From IMG/VR virus record IMGVR_UViG_3300014202_001519: a stretch of 64,000 nucleotides of DNA. One strand, written 5' to 3'. The stretch is from a virus. Position 1 is the stretch's first letter. Every line of letters starts with the position of its first letter. The position numbers and the translations under genes are program-made. The notes below the pieces were generated by a model that saw only the letters and a list, made by a program, of their open reading frames with translations, had not been told where the DNA came from and ran no database searches. This document shows positions 27,943-38,177 of this stretch, piece by piece.

Positions 27943-28150
27943 GAAGCTGTCTAGGAATTTCGATTTTTGTTTGAGTTGTGGCCTTTCTTATGATTACCCC
28001 ATCATGCTAGTCGATGACGGCGGCGTGTTAAGAGTAGCAGGTGATCCAGAAGATAAATGCAACACCTGCAACAATTGTAGTAATTGTTGCAGGTGTTATA
28101 CAAGCTTAGTGATCCCCGCCTATGTCGATATGCAGGGAATCAAAGTATAG
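27941..28150 (+). CDS. small hypothetical protein
   Basis: strong SD AGGAGG before ATG; the 3' part overlaps a hairpin. Confidence 0.4.
   Translation: MKLSRNFDFCLSCGLSYDYPIMLVDDGGVLRVAGDPEDKCNTCNNCSNCCRCYTSLVIPAYVDMQGIKV
28061..28097. terminator. 16-bp perfect hairpin
   Basis: aacacctgcaacaatt-gtagt-aattgttgcaggtgtt just past the stop of 28106..28435. Confidence 0.6.
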
Positions 28151-28435
28151 TTTATGCTCTAAATTCTTAGAGCGTTCCAAGTTTTCGAGCCATGCCCTAA
28201 ATTTCGCCCTGGCATCCTTCCTACAAAGTTTATAGGTTTCACATATCGAACCTATCTCAATTACTAGGTCACAGTAGGACATGAGCAACTTTTGCTTTAG
28301 TTTATGAAGATGCGGACTCTTCAAAGTAATTTCTGGAAGAAACTCGTCACCTTCATGCTTCTGCGCCATTTCATTAACAAGCTTAGAAGCAGCTTTAGCC
28401 ATGTGTGCAAACACAATTGAATCCTTAGGTTTCAT
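28106..28435 (-). CDS. hypothetical protein
   Basis: 109-aa ORF. Confidence 0.5.
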   Translation of the reverse strand: MKPKDSIVFAHMAKAASKLVNEMAQKHEGDEFLPEITLKSPHLHKLKQKLLMSYCDLVIEIGSICETYKLCRKDARAKFRAWLENLERSKNLEHKLYFDSLHIDIGGDH

Positions 28436-29294
28436 GGACTGTTTTACCTCGCATATTCCTTTTAGCGCGGTGATATTTACGGATCGGATGATCCAACGTT
28501 TTGAGTGGGTGCATTATGGATGCTTGTAAAAAATGCTGTTCCTCGTATGTGAGTTCTGGTCGGAATCTTATAGGATATTTTCGGTAGTTGCCAGCCCACA
28601 TACCAGTCATCTGATTGTAGGTAGCGAACTGCTTTATTTTGCCGCCAAAGTGTTTCACTATAGTCGGCAGGGCATGTTCTGTCAAGTCCCAAGCATCATA
28701 AAGAGGACAAAACCCTTTCTGGAAAGGGTTTGTGTAAAACAAGAACCTCTGGAAAAACTCCTTATCCAATGCCATTTTTATAAAATCTCTATGATAGAAA
28801 ATACAAGCTCCTAACAAATAAACCACCTCTTCGAACTTGCCTTGTACTACCTTTTCTAAGATAGAAAGATTAACTGTCTGTTTGTCTCGATAATCATTTC
28901 CAATGCACCACACGCCATCCTGCTCAGCTTCCTCCAGGTCTTTCTTAAAAGCAGACGATCCCACCAGACAGTCATACTCCATATAACAGAACCAGTCCGT
29001 ATCTTGCCAATGAGTTGCAGCGGTCAAAAGTCCAAGAAATATGTTCCTGTAAGGAGATTTATACCAATTGTGGTTAAATCCGCGAAGCTTATAAGCTGGT
29101 AAATTAATGCCAGTGAACGTGTCCCAAGCTACTCCGTCAACTACTACAAGAATCCTGTCAGTCATGTAGTTTCTTATGGAGTCTACCGTATCTAAAGTAA
29201 TGTCTGGAACCCCGTGGGTGTTTAAAATTGTTGTAATTTTCATAGCAATACTATAATATAATAAGAAGAGGTTAAAAAATGGAATTAGACGCAA
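28425..29294 (-). CDS. putative glycosyltransferase-like protein
   Basis: ILVVVDG and WFCYMEYDCLV (DxD-like); glycan-island context. Confidence 0.45.
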   Translation of the reverse strand: MRLIPFFNLFLLYYSIAMKITTILNTHGVPDITLDTVDSIRNYMTDRILVVVDGVAWDTFTGINLPAYKLRGFNHNWYKSPYRNIFLGLLTAATHWQDTDWFCYMEYDCLVGSSAFKKDLEEAEQDGVWCIGNDYRDKQTVNLSILEKVVQGKFEEVVYLLGACIFYHRDFIKMALDKEFFQRFLFYTNPFQKGFCPLYDAWDLTEHALPTIVKHFGGKIKQFATYNQMTGMWAGNYRKYPIRFRPELTYEEQHFLQASIMHPLKTLDHPIRKYHRAKRNMRGKTVHET

Positions 29295-30382
29295 AATTAG
29301 AAAAAATAGAAAAGACCCTTACTGACATTACGGCAAACTTAGCAAGTTTAACCGCCGTTGTTGGCCATTTAATGAATCCACCCCCTGTTGTAATTCCTCC
29401 TTTACCACCAGTTACACCACCACCACCATCGGCCCCACCACCGCCACCACCATCCGTTACGCCACCTGTTGTCGCCAAGCCAGTTGCACCAGTTGTTGAA
29501 ACTGCTAAGCCAGTTGCACCAGTTGTTGAAACTGCTCCTAAGCCAGTTACTCTTGTGCCAGAGGCTGCCCTAAAACAGCCGCCAATGGAGCTTGTCAACC
29601 TTCTAAACTCCAAAGCATGGCCACATGCTGTTGATCCCGCTCTAATTTGTGACATTAGTTCAGAACAAGACAAGGAAGATCGTGCTGAGGGCATCCTAGA
29701 TTTAATAATTGACATTCATTTGGAAAACCTAAAGTTCTTGGATTTCGGTTGTGGCGAAGGTCATGTAGTTAATAAAAGTCGAACACAAAAGCCAAGAATG
29801 TCTGTTGGTTACGATATTAAGAAAAGCGAAAAATGGGATAAGTGGGAAAAAACACCAAACATATTCTTCACAGATGACTGGAGTGCAGTCAAGAACCTTG
29901 GGCCATTCAATATTGTGTTACTATACGACGTTATTGACCATATGATACTGCCAGAACAAGAAATTGTCAAACAACTTAAAGAAATCAAGCAGTCTCTCGC
30001 CATTAATGGGAAAATATATCTAAGGGCGCATCCTTGGTGTTCTCGACACGGAACACACTTATATCATAAACTAAACAAAGCTTTCGTACACATGGTTTTC
30101 ACAGATGAAGAACTTCAAGCAATGGGATACAAACAAGAAAAAACTATAAAAATACTTACCCCCATGATAGATTACGGTAGAATATTCGCAGCCGCTGGCT
30201 GTAAGATTCATAACGGTCCCCACCAAATCCGAGAAGGCGTGGAACCTTTCTTCATCAATACGCCCATCCTGTCAGAACGTATTAAGAAAAACTATCAAAC
30301 ATGTGGACGTGAGGATTTAAGAAAAGGCAAGTTTCCAAGTGGCCCAATGGAAAACCAGTTTCTTGATTATATTTTAATATAG
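29279..30382 (+). CDS. class I SAM-dependent methyltransferase with Pro-rich N-terminus
   Basis: FLDFGCGEG and VLLYDVIDH; poly-Pro and KPVAPVVETA x2. Confidence 0.85.
   Translation: MELDAKLEKIEKTLTDITANLASLTAVVGHLMNPPPVVIPPLPPVTPPPPSAPPPPPPSVTPPVVAKPVAPVVETAKPVAPVVETAPKPVTLVPEAALKQPPMELVNLLNSKAWPHAVDPALICDISSEQDKEDRAEGILDLIIDIHLENLKFLDFGCGEGHVVNKSRTQKPRMSVGYDIKKSEKWDKWEKTPNIFFTDDWSAVKNLGPFNIVLLYDVIDHMILPEQEIVKQLKEIKQSLAINGKIYLRAHPWCSRHGTHLYHKLNKAFVHMVFTDEELQAMGYKQEKTIKILTPMIDYGRIFAAAGCKIHNGPHQIREGVEPFFINTPILSERIKKNYQTCGREDLRKGKFPSGPMENQFLDYILI
29477..29536 (+). repeat. 30-nt tandem duplication (coding)
   Basis: aagccagttgcaccagttgttgaaactgct x2. Confidence 0.9.
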
Positions 30383-30383
30383 A

Positions 30384-31310
30384 ATGATTAAAATTTCCGC
30401 CAAAACCATCAACATTTTAGTGTTGAATAATTATTCATTTAAATATCAGGACAATTATGAAAAAGTCACTGTTATGGATAAGAAAACAGACGACTATTTA
30501 TACATAGAACCGCATCGGTCAGAGAACTATGAGAATTTTGGCTTGGTAAAGTTGAAAATTTACTGTGATGACCACAATATTAAACTCATCTCTTTTGGAC
30601 ACAAAAACCAACTGCCGTTGCTCAGTATGATATCGGACGAAATCCGCCTTGTTGATTATCCTGAATACTACGATGGCATCTACGGAGGTACATATGGACT
30701 AACCTCATGGCAAAATCCCCAACAAGAAAGTTTGAATAGGGTGATAATGAAATCCAATTTAGTCACGCACATTAACAACAGTAATAAGGATAGTCGGATC
30801 AAAAAGATCAATGACGTAGACGAAGCAAGAATCAAAAACTTCCTTATGAACCAAAAGATTTATATTAGGAAAGAATCTTTTGACATATTTGAAAAAGAGA
30901 AAATCAGTCTACCAAAAGACGTTATTGTGTGTGAAATTAAGAAGTGCAAGTATCGAGACAAACTGCTGAATGAATCTAATTTTTTAGGACTTGACTACAC
31001 GTTCCAAAAATCGCTGGTCAGCCGATTCAAATACCACTACATGACGCTCCAAATATTGGCTTCTTTCTATCTCGATTGGTTTTACGTTTGTATTGGCGGC
31101 TCCGCAAACTTATTTTCTTTGCTTCCTATCAGGTGCCTGATGATGGGGGACTCCTGCTTGGAAAACAGTTATCCTATGCTGGAAAAAATATATAATGGTA
31201 TTCCTAAGTTGGTCTACAAATACAAAAATAACGAAAGTGTAGAAGAGATTGCCTCTCTACGCGACTTAGCAAGAAGAGTCAACTACAAACTTAGGGTCAC
31301 ACAGTTCTAA
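30384..31310 (+). CDS. hypothetical protein
   Basis: 308-aa AT-rich ORF. Confidence 0.5.
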   Translation: MIKISAKTINILVLNNYSFKYQDNYEKVTVMDKKTDDYLYIEPHRSENYENFGLVKLKIYCDDHNIKLISFGHKNQLPLLSMISDEIRLVDYPEYYDGIYGGTYGLTSWQNPQQESLNRVIMKSNLVTHINNSNKDSRIKKINDVDEARIKNFLMNQKIYIRKESFDIFEKEKISLPKDVIVCEIKKCKYRDKLLNESNFLGLDYTFQKSLVSRFKYHYMTLQILASFYLDWFYVCIGGSANLFSLLPIRCLMMGDSCLENSYPMLEKIYNGIPKLVYKYKNNESVEEIASLRDLARRVNYKLRVTQF

Positions 31311-32752
31311 AACACCCTCACTTTGTAATAATTTTCAAACTCATCTGCATCTAACCGACTGTTTACGATAGGCTTTCCTTTTATATTCAGGCTTGTATTT
31401 AAAAGCATAGGACAATCATACTTTTCTTTATACCTTTTCAATATTTTATAGAATTGCTCATTTTCTTCCGCTGTTACCGTCTGTATTCTGGAGGTTTTGT
31501 CAACGTGACAAATGGCACGAAACTCATCGGGAAATTTACATTTAAATGCGTATTGCATGTAGGGACTATCATTGCGATTCATAACAAAATAGTCCTTGGC
31601 TATTTCGGACATAATTGATGCCGCAAACGGCCTAAATTTCTGCCTACGCTTAATCTCATTTACTTTATCTTTCATACCTGGCAGTCGCGGATCGGCCAAC
31701 AAAGACCTATTCCCCAAGGCTCTAGGGCCAAATTCAGCACGACCACTGGCTATACCAACTATATTCCCCTTGCTTAGTTTTTGGCAAATTTCATCTATGC
31801 AAATTTCACCACTAATGTTATGGCCGAGATAAGGTCCACACCATTTTACTTTACGACCATAGAGATACGCTGCACACCCCAATGCCGTGCCAGCATCGCC
31901 AGGATTTGGCATAATCCATACATTTTTAAATATCTCCGATAAGTAATTATTGACTACACAATTTAGTGCTACACCTCCACAGTAAACCAAATTCTCTGTA
32001 ACAATTAACTTCTTTGCATGACGCATGATTCTGCAAACGGTTTCCCTGGTCACTTCCTGAATGCTTGCAGCTATATCCAAAAGGTCCGCATTCGGCAAGT
32101 AATTACCAATTCCATAATGACAAGGCTTTTTCAGAGAAAAAAATCCACTGCCGATAAAGTCCTTTTTTATTTTATCACAGTACAAAGGTTTGCCATAAGC
32201 CGCCATCCCCATTAAAATGTACTCTTCTTCATTTGGCTTCAACCCACAACGCTGTGTAAATGCCGAATATAACAGTCCAAGGGAAGAAGGGAATGAGACT
32301 CTATCTTTCAAAGACAACTTATCGCCTATACCTTCCCATATTGTAACAGTATCCCACTCCCCGACCGCATCAATAACAACAACCGTCGCTCGGTCAAAAT
32401 TGGAAGTATGGTAGCCTGATGCGGCATGAGATAAATGGTGATTAACACAAACAACCTTGGTGTTAATTCCCATGTCCTTTAAATACGACTGCGGCCAAAC
32501 ATCAGGATCAAAAGCCCTTAGAAATTGGAACGAACAGAGTTGTCGCGTTTTCTTGAGCCAAACGTTTTCATAAAATCCTATCAAATCAGGATAACCGTAG
32601 GTAAGAGCCTCCTTTACTAAGTCACAATGCAGCCATTTATCCTGCTTAATGCCAGAATACCGCTCAGCATGTGCAGCAAAAAGAATCTTCCCATCTTGTA
32701 TAACAGCAATAGCTGCGTCGTGAACCATTGCTGTTACTCCCCATATTATCAT
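31307..32752 (-). CDS. O-carbamoyltransferase (NodU/CmcH family)
   Basis: HDAAIA, HHLSHAAS, GGVALNC, GDAGTALG, EFGPRALGNRS, FRPFA and LLNTSLN. Confidence 0.95.
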   Translation of the reverse strand: MIIWGVTAMVHDAAIAVIQDGKILFAAHAERYSGIKQDKWLHCDLVKEALTYGYPDLIGFYENVWLKKTRQLCSFQFLRAFDPDVWPQSYLKDMGINTKVVCVNHHLSHAASGYHTSNFDRATVVVIDAVGEWDTVTIWEGIGDKLSLKDRVSFPSSLGLLYSAFTQRCGLKPNEEEYILMGMAAYGKPLYCDKIKKDFIGSGFFSLKKPCHYGIGNYLPNADLLDIAASIQEVTRETVCRIMRHAKKLIVTENLVYCGGVALNCVVNNYLSEIFKNVWIMPNPGDAGTALGCAAYLYGRKVKWCGPYLGHNISGEICIDEICQKLSKGNIVGIASGRAEFGPRALGNRSLLADPRLPGMKDKVNEIKRRQKFRPFAASIMSEIAKDYFVMNRNDSPYMQYAFKCKFPDEFRAICHVDKTSRIQTVTAEENEQFYKILKRYKEKYDCPMLLNTSLNIKGKPIVNSRLDADEFENYYKVRVF

Positions 32753-33648
32753 TCTAACTCCTGATATATGCTAGATTTAGTAAAACTGTCCAAAAATGCG
32801 TCTATTGTGAACTTGGTTTTATCCATGCTTTTAAGATAAAGATGACCTTCTTCGATCTTATTCAGTTTATTTGCTGCGTCATTCAAATCAGAGTAGAACA
32901 GTGGATAATCGTCCCCAAGATATTCCACAGCGGCGGGCAGTTTATTAATAAGAATGGGTGTATTTCTGATAATGCACTCTAAAACAACGTTGCAGGCGGC
33001 AAGGTCATACATATCCAGAAAAACCGCTGAGGATGTCAATAAATCATCGTATGCATCATTGTTTAGGTAATCCATAAAATTTACCTTACGGCATTGAGAA
33101 TACTGTATCATTTCATCGTAATCTTCTTTAAAACCAGCGGTCTTTAGTAAAACTTTTTCCATAGTCGTAGGCAATTCACAAATGCTGTGGTAGCGTCTGA
33201 GCCATTGACCAACCGTAACAACCCTTGATTTATAGTTATGCATAAGAAAATTCTTACGAACTGGTAATACCGAATGCACTAATGATATTACATTTTTTTT
33301 AGTGTATTTTCTTAGGAAGCTAGCTGTGTGTTCACTTAGAGTAAATATGCCTTTACAATGTTTTAACGATTTGAGAAAGTGAGGTTGTTGTACCAGCCTG
33401 TTGAGCGGATAGATTCGGCCTGAATATTTTCTTTGATACTCTGTTGGATAACGAATTACGTTGTGAAAAATGCCAAGCCAAGGATGCTCAATTGAATTAT
33501 TATTATTGAAAACTTTGTCGGCCCAATCATATAATGTTATACCGTTGGCACTAAATAAGTTATGGTATAAAGCTTTAGAAATAGGCTCCCATCCTGACCG
33601 ATGGTGAGCAAATGTGGTCGGCCTAATGTAAATTTTCCGTGAAAACAT
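32749..33648 (-). CDS. glycosyltransferase-like protein (GT-B-like C-terminus)
   Basis: HRSGW; VFLDMYDLAACNVVLECIIRNTPILINKLPAAVEYLG. Confidence 0.55.
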   Translation of the reverse strand: MFSRKIYIRPTTFAHHRSGWEPISKALYHNLFSANGITLYDWADKVFNNNNSIEHPWLGIFHNVIRYPTEYQRKYSGRIYPLNRLVQQPHFLKSLKHCKGIFTLSEHTASFLRKYTKKNVISLVHSVLPVRKNFLMHNYKSRVVTVGQWLRRYHSICELPTTMEKVLLKTAGFKEDYDEMIQYSQCRKVNFMDYLNNDAYDDLLTSSAVFLDMYDLAACNVVLECIIRNTPILINKLPAAVEYLGDDYPLFYSDLNDAANKLNKIEEGHLYLKSMDKTKFTIDAFLDSFTKSSIYQELE

Positions 33649-34240
33649 GATCTACTCCGAAAAATATAAGTTTATCTATTTTTCAATACCTAAAACTGGA
33701 TCAACCACTATATCTAGTATCTTAATAAAGGATTACAAGGCTGTCGCTCATTATGATAGGCATGACAACCGAATCCCGCTCCACGCAAAAGATTACTTTA
33801 AGTTTAGCACTGTCCGCAACCCTTATGAACGTGCAATTTCTGGTTACACTCACGTCACTAGCAAACTTAATGTAAATGTGCCAGAGGTTTTCGAGCATTT
33901 TCACCTTATCTCCATGACAGACTATCTAACGCAAGAACTAGCCATCGAAAAATGGGCCACCGCCCACGATAATTATAAAAATATGATGACTAAGCGACGA
34001 GGGCCAGGAATAAATATCCACCTTTTGAGGCTTGAGAACCTTGAAACCGATTTTTCAAAACTATATTTTGTAAAGAATAAAATTAAACTAGATAAGCAAA
34101 ATGCCACAACTATGTTTCCATCGAAGCAAATTATGGATCAAATAGTAAAATATGTAAAAGTTAACTATAGGAAGGATTTTGAGAACTTTGGATACGACAT
34201 CAATATTAATCCCTATCGGAAAACACCACTATTTTGTTGA
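33647..34240 (+). CDS. sulfotransferase family 2 protein
   Basis: IPKTGSTT (5'-PSB), VRNPYERAIS and LRLENL. Confidence 0.85.
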   Translation: MIYSEKYKFIYFSIPKTGSTTISSILIKDYKAVAHYDRHDNRIPLHAKDYFKFSTVRNPYERAISGYTHVTSKLNVNVPEVFEHFHLISMTDYLTQELAIEKWATAHDNYKNMMTKRRGPGINIHLLRLENLETDFSKLYFVKNKIKLDKQNATTMFPSKQIMDQIVKYVKVNYRKDFENFGYDININPYRKTPLFC

Positions 34241-35177
34241 ACTGTGTAGTAAAAACATTTTAGATACCGCAGGGGATATAAACATAATATTCTTAACGAC
34301 CAAGGATATTCCAGAAAAACTTGAACATGCTCTAAAAGGTAAACAACACCTTAGATGCCCATATAACTTCAAAGACTACAAATTCACCCACCTGCACCTC
34401 TTAGATTGGGCATTTTATCACGGCGATTTACCTGACCGCCTCTATGTTCAACATGCTGACGTAATGTGGGTCGATAAAGGTTGGTTGACCGCTATTCAAA
34501 ATTTTGAAAATAAGACAGCCTGTGTTCTACCGTATGCGACTTCAGCAAGTGACTTCCAACATATTCAACACAAATTCATGTTTCATGGTAAAAAAATTCT
34601 AAGAACACATGATTTTGCAGCGGTCTATAATCGTAGCAATTTTGTCGAAAATAAGCTTACCTTCTCAGCAGGTAATGTCGGATTGGATTTTCCAATATCA
34701 GATAAACTTAAGTTTGAAATCATACGCAATAACTTCAGTTGGATTGTAACCAACCGCGCCGTTCAACTAGGGGATATGTTTGACGGCTCCGACGCAATTG
34801 CCTTAGAAATTTATGCCAACTGTCCGACTCAAATTGCTGAAATTCCCATGTCTCAAAAATTGATTCATTGCTGGGACTTATTTGCAATATCCAAAGACAT
34901 GCGAAGAGAAGGAACTACTCTTTTTATAGATCGTCCACTGAAAAGGTGTGAAAGAGCCTTGGCTAGTTATTCTTGGGTGAGCAGTCAACTTTTCGATCCC
35001 GAAGAGGTAATATTTCCCTGGAAACACTTGCGAGCTATATGGCCGAATATCAGCGAGCCGAGATTCTGCAAAATCTTGGAAAAATACATACAGAAAAGAG
35101 ATATCAACAATGCTTTCGGAATAAAAAAAATAGTATTCGATGACTTTGTTTACAAGTGCCCTGTAAGTCTAATCTAA
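34179..35177 (+). CDS. hypothetical protein, possibly GT-A-like
   Basis: YVQHADVMW; island context; start uncertain. Confidence 0.45.
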   Translation: MRTLDTTSILIPIGKHHYFVELCSKNILDTAGDINIIFLTTKDIPEKLEHALKGKQHLRCPYNFKDYKFTHLHLLDWAFYHGDLPDRLYVQHADVMWVDKGWLTAIQNFENKTACVLPYATSASDFQHIQHKFMFHGKKILRTHDFAAVYNRSNFVENKLTFSAGNVGLDFPISDKLKFEIIRNNFSWIVTNRAVQLGDMFDGSDAIALEIYANCPTQIAEIPMSQKLIHCWDLFAISKDMRREGTTLFIDRPLKRCERALASYSWVSSQLFDPEEVIFPWKHLRAIWPNISEPRFCKILEKYIQKRDINNAFGIKKIVFDDFVYKCPVSLI

Positions 35178-35256
35178 CGGATAAACTTCATCATTCTTCT
35201 GATTTCTTCTTCGCATGAACATTATCTTAATGTTATAGATTATTAGCTTTATTATT

Positions 35257-36006
35257 TCAATTAGCTTTCTCATAAATCTCTTTATACTTGTTAATTAAAA
35301 TCTTACCGAAATTCAGGTTTGTTTGAACGCCTGGGTGTCCCCCATCTCTTGCTAGGTCAACTTTTTCTATCGAAGCAACCTTCTTACTAATATCAAGACC
35401 TAGAAAGTTAAATATATCCTCATCATGCTTCCTAATACTAAACAGCCACTTAATGCTGTAAATCTTACATAAACATTCTACTAATTTGAAAGTCTTGTAT
35501 AAATTAGCGGCATCCTGATAATCACTGGTAAGGTCCAGTAAGCTTTTATGTATCTTATTTCCTACTAGACAATTACTGCGACTGTCGGGACGGAAATCGT
35601 GTCTACGACATTCTGCATCAAAAAATTCTCTACGGCAAAATGATGGAAAAGCAACCAGAAGAACATTGGGTTGGAGGGAAGGGATCACAGTGCTAAGAAT
35701 CCTGCCTACATAATCAACAGACTCGCCAGGCCACCCCATATTCCAATCCGCTGCATTAAACTTAGAACAAAATACAGCACTGAATCTTTTGTCGGCTGGT
35801 ATCCCATTGCCAAAAACGACACTACATCCTATCGTCAATACATTCATCTCCAACCTTGTAAATTCATCACTCCTATAGCCGTAATTATTAAACTTGTAAC
35901 TTATTGGGTAATTGTATGCCCTTTTCGGATCACTGTCCGTGCTGAATGCATTTAGTGTGGCATTAACATACTTGGTCTTTGGTATGCCAGTAAATAATTC
36001 TTTCAT
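35257..36006 (-). CDS. SGNH-like hydrolase/acyltransferase-like protein
   Basis: TIGCSVVFG, NMGWPG and DGGHPG. Confidence 0.6.
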   Translation of the reverse strand: MKELFTGIPKTKYVNATLNAFSTDSDPKRAYNYPISYKFNNYGYRSDEFTRLEMNVLTIGCSVVFGNGIPADKRFSAVFCSKFNAADWNMGWPGESVDYVGRILSTVIPSLQPNVLLVAFPSFCRREFFDAECRRHDFRPDSRSNCLVGNKIHKSLLDLTSDYQDAANLYKTFKLVECLCKIYSIKWLFSIRKHDEDIFNFLGLDISKKVASIEKVDLARDGGHPGVQTNLNFGKILINKYKEIYEKAN

Positions 36007-36689
36007 AGCCTCTTATCCATGTTAAACTTATGCCACGCTCTTGTATCCCCGCGATTTAAACCGCAAAAATGACAGCCGTGGGTAAAATCTGGTAAAATCC
36101 CGTCCCTTTTGCATATGGCTATTTCCGTGGTAAAAATACAAATTTTTTCACCATTAAACCTTGAGAAAATAGCCGCTACTAATCCTTGTTCATCAAAGTA
36201 ATCATTCCAGGGTTTAATCGCCGCTTCAATTTTTGTTTTAAAATCGAAGTTGGGCGGGATTCCGATGATACCACTGTTGAGAAATTTACGCAGAGAGACA
36301 TGATATTTATAATTACCATAAAGTCCAAATAAGCCCTCCGTATAAATAACTGAGTTAGACGATAAAAACTGATTGATTTTATCTAATTTTTTGAACAAAA
36401 TCAAATCATTGTCAATAAAAAGTTCGTGTGATTCTATTCTTAGTCTTGGAGGGTAGAGTTTCCACGCCACTCCACTTGGCGGGTAAGATAAACTAGCTGG
36501 GTCTTGTTCTATAAAGATTACGTCATACTTCTCCAAATAATTTAATTCTTTTCGCTGGATCGAATTATAGCAAACGAAATAATCGAAAGTATCTCCGTAT
36601 AAATTTTTAATTAACTTGATAGACAAATCTAAGCTTTTGTGCCCGTATTGGTGAACTCTGCCGACAGTCCAACGAATAAGTGGTTTCAT
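36003..36689 (-). CDS. putative glycosyltransferase
   Basis: LFIDNDL, LNSGIIG and DEQGL. Confidence 0.55.
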   Translation of the reverse strand: MKPLIRWTVGRVHQYGHKSLDLSIKLIKNLYGDTFDYFVCYNSIQRKELNYLEKYDVIFIEQDPASLSYPPSGVAWKLYPPRLRIESHELFIDNDLILFKKLDKINQFLSSNSVIYTEGLFGLYGNYKYHVSLRKFLNSGIIGIPPNFDFKTKIEAAIKPWNDYFDEQGLVAAIFSRFNGEKICIFTTEIAICKRDGILPDFTHGCHFCGLNRGDTRAWHKFNMDKRL

Positions 36690-36690
36690 T

Positions 36691-37401
36691 TTATATATTT
36701 AGTATTTCCCTACCAACTCTATTGATGTTCTGGAATATTTTGCACTTGAAATCCACCTGCACAAGTGGATGATGATTGAAATAAAACTGCTTGTAGTAAA
36801 TTTGCTCAGAAAAAACATGCTTTGTTTGAAAAGTGTAGTTTTTAATTTCAGTTATTTTAGATTTTATGAAGTCGGTTTTAGCAATCCAAAGTCCAGCATT
36901 AAGAAAGGGAAACAAGGAATCACCTGCTGCCCGTTTTTCAAATTCAATTATGGTCCCTGACAAATCTATTGGCCATATATTCTTCTCACCATTAAAAATC
37001 ATTTCACAATTAAAATCTCTAAAATCATCTATAATGCCTTCCAAACCCCTCACCAATAGCACGTCCGAAGAATCACTCGACAGTATATACTCAGTTTTTA
37101 AGTCCTGAAGAAATAGTTCTAGCAAAGGTATCTTCAGCTTATTAATCCATGATGTAATCCCTTTGCCCAAAACATGGAAATTGTCTATCCCTGCACGAAG
37201 CAATGACTGCTCAAATGTGCCATTAGTTTTGCCGTTATAACCTAGTGGACCATTATTATAGGTAACAATTGTAAGATCGCATGGACACACTGTTTTGAAT
37301 TGAAAATCTATAGACTTAATTGACTGCCAGAGTGGTAAGAATTGCGGACGACCAGAAGCATGTGTAAACCTTGGGTGGGTGTTATATATGAGGTTTATCA
37401 T
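36691..37401 (-). CDS. PLOD/procollagen-type glycosyltransferase domain protein
   Basis: SSDSSDVL, FNGEKNIWP, FLNAGLWI, SEQIYY and DFKCKIFQN. Confidence 0.7.
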   Translation of the reverse strand: MINLIYNTHPRFTHASGRPQFLPLWQSIKSIDFQFKTVCPCDLTIVTYNNGPLGYNGKTNGTFEQSLLRAGIDNFHVLGKGITSWINKLKIPLLELFLQDLKTEYILSSDSSDVLLVRGLEGIIDDFRDFNCEMIFNGEKNIWPIDLSGTIIEFEKRAAGDSLFPFLNAGLWIAKTDFIKSKITEIKNYTFQTKHVFSEQIYYKQFYFNHHPLVQVDFKCKIFQNINRVGREILNI

Positions 37402-38177
37402 ATCATCTTAATTAGTAGGCTTTTTAAATTTTTCTCCAATGTCTTTGTCGCTGGATGTGTCATCTTAAATATTCTTTTATTAGAAAAATTTGCTTTGTAA
37501 ATAGCATCGGTTGGGTCGAGTTTAACCCCCAAAAAGTCGGACACGTTTGCCAATACATACTCTGTAGAGTGTATCAAATCCTCGTAGGAAACGCTGAGAA
37601 AATCAACATTGCCTAGAAAATTATTCCAAATGGCACGGTACAAACACGCATCCTTCCAACACTGCATCAAAAGGGCAGCATCGGCTTCGACGTTAGACTG
37701 CGTATAATTGGATAAAGAGGTTTCATCGTAGATATGGTACTTCTTCGTTTGTCTGGCAACATAAATTGATATTGCATGAGCTACTTCATCATTTCTATAT
37801 AAATGGATAAATTTAATATCTGGCAGTAATGATTTTACATACTTTTGGTCATATTTCTTAACAGCCCAATCGTATTTCTCCAATTCATAAAAATCTGCAT
37901 AAAATCCAGGTCGATAACGATTGGCATTTGGAATCGCCGCTATAACTTCAATGTATTGATGATAGATAACTTTACAGTACGGCGGGACAAATCGCTCGAA
38001 CTCGATTCGATTGTTAAACAATCTTAACCACTCATTGAACGCAAGTCCTTGCTGAATTGGTCCTTTCTTATCACTTAAAAGAGGATGGTTGTATGCTTTA
38101 AACAAACCACTATTATTCAAGAGTTCGCAAAGATAACTAGAGCCAGTCCTGGGAGTACATAAAATCCAACATGTCAT
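37398..38177 (-). CDS. Stf0-family sulfotransferase
   Basis: PRTGSSYLCELL, FIHLYR..VAHAIS and VSYEDL. Confidence 0.82.
   Translation of the reverse strand: MTCWILCTPRTGSSYLCELLNNSGLFKAYNHPLLSDKKGPIQQGLAFNEWLRLFNNRIEFERFVPPYCKVIYHQYIEVIAAIPNANRYRPGFYADFYELEKYDWAVKKYDQKYVKSLLPDIKFIHLYRNDEVAHAISIYVARQTKKYHIYDETSLSNYTQSNVEADAALLMQCWKDACLYRAIWNNFLGNVDFLSVSYEDLIHSTEYVLANVSDFLGVKLDPTDAIYKANFSNKRIFKMTHPATKTLEKNLKSLLIKMI

Noticed and set aside
28058-28097. Cys-rich metal-binding or RiPP-like motif CNTCNNCSNCCRC
   Set aside because: It coincides with a 16-bp DNA palindrome that probably serves as a terminator, so the Cys pattern may be a by-product.
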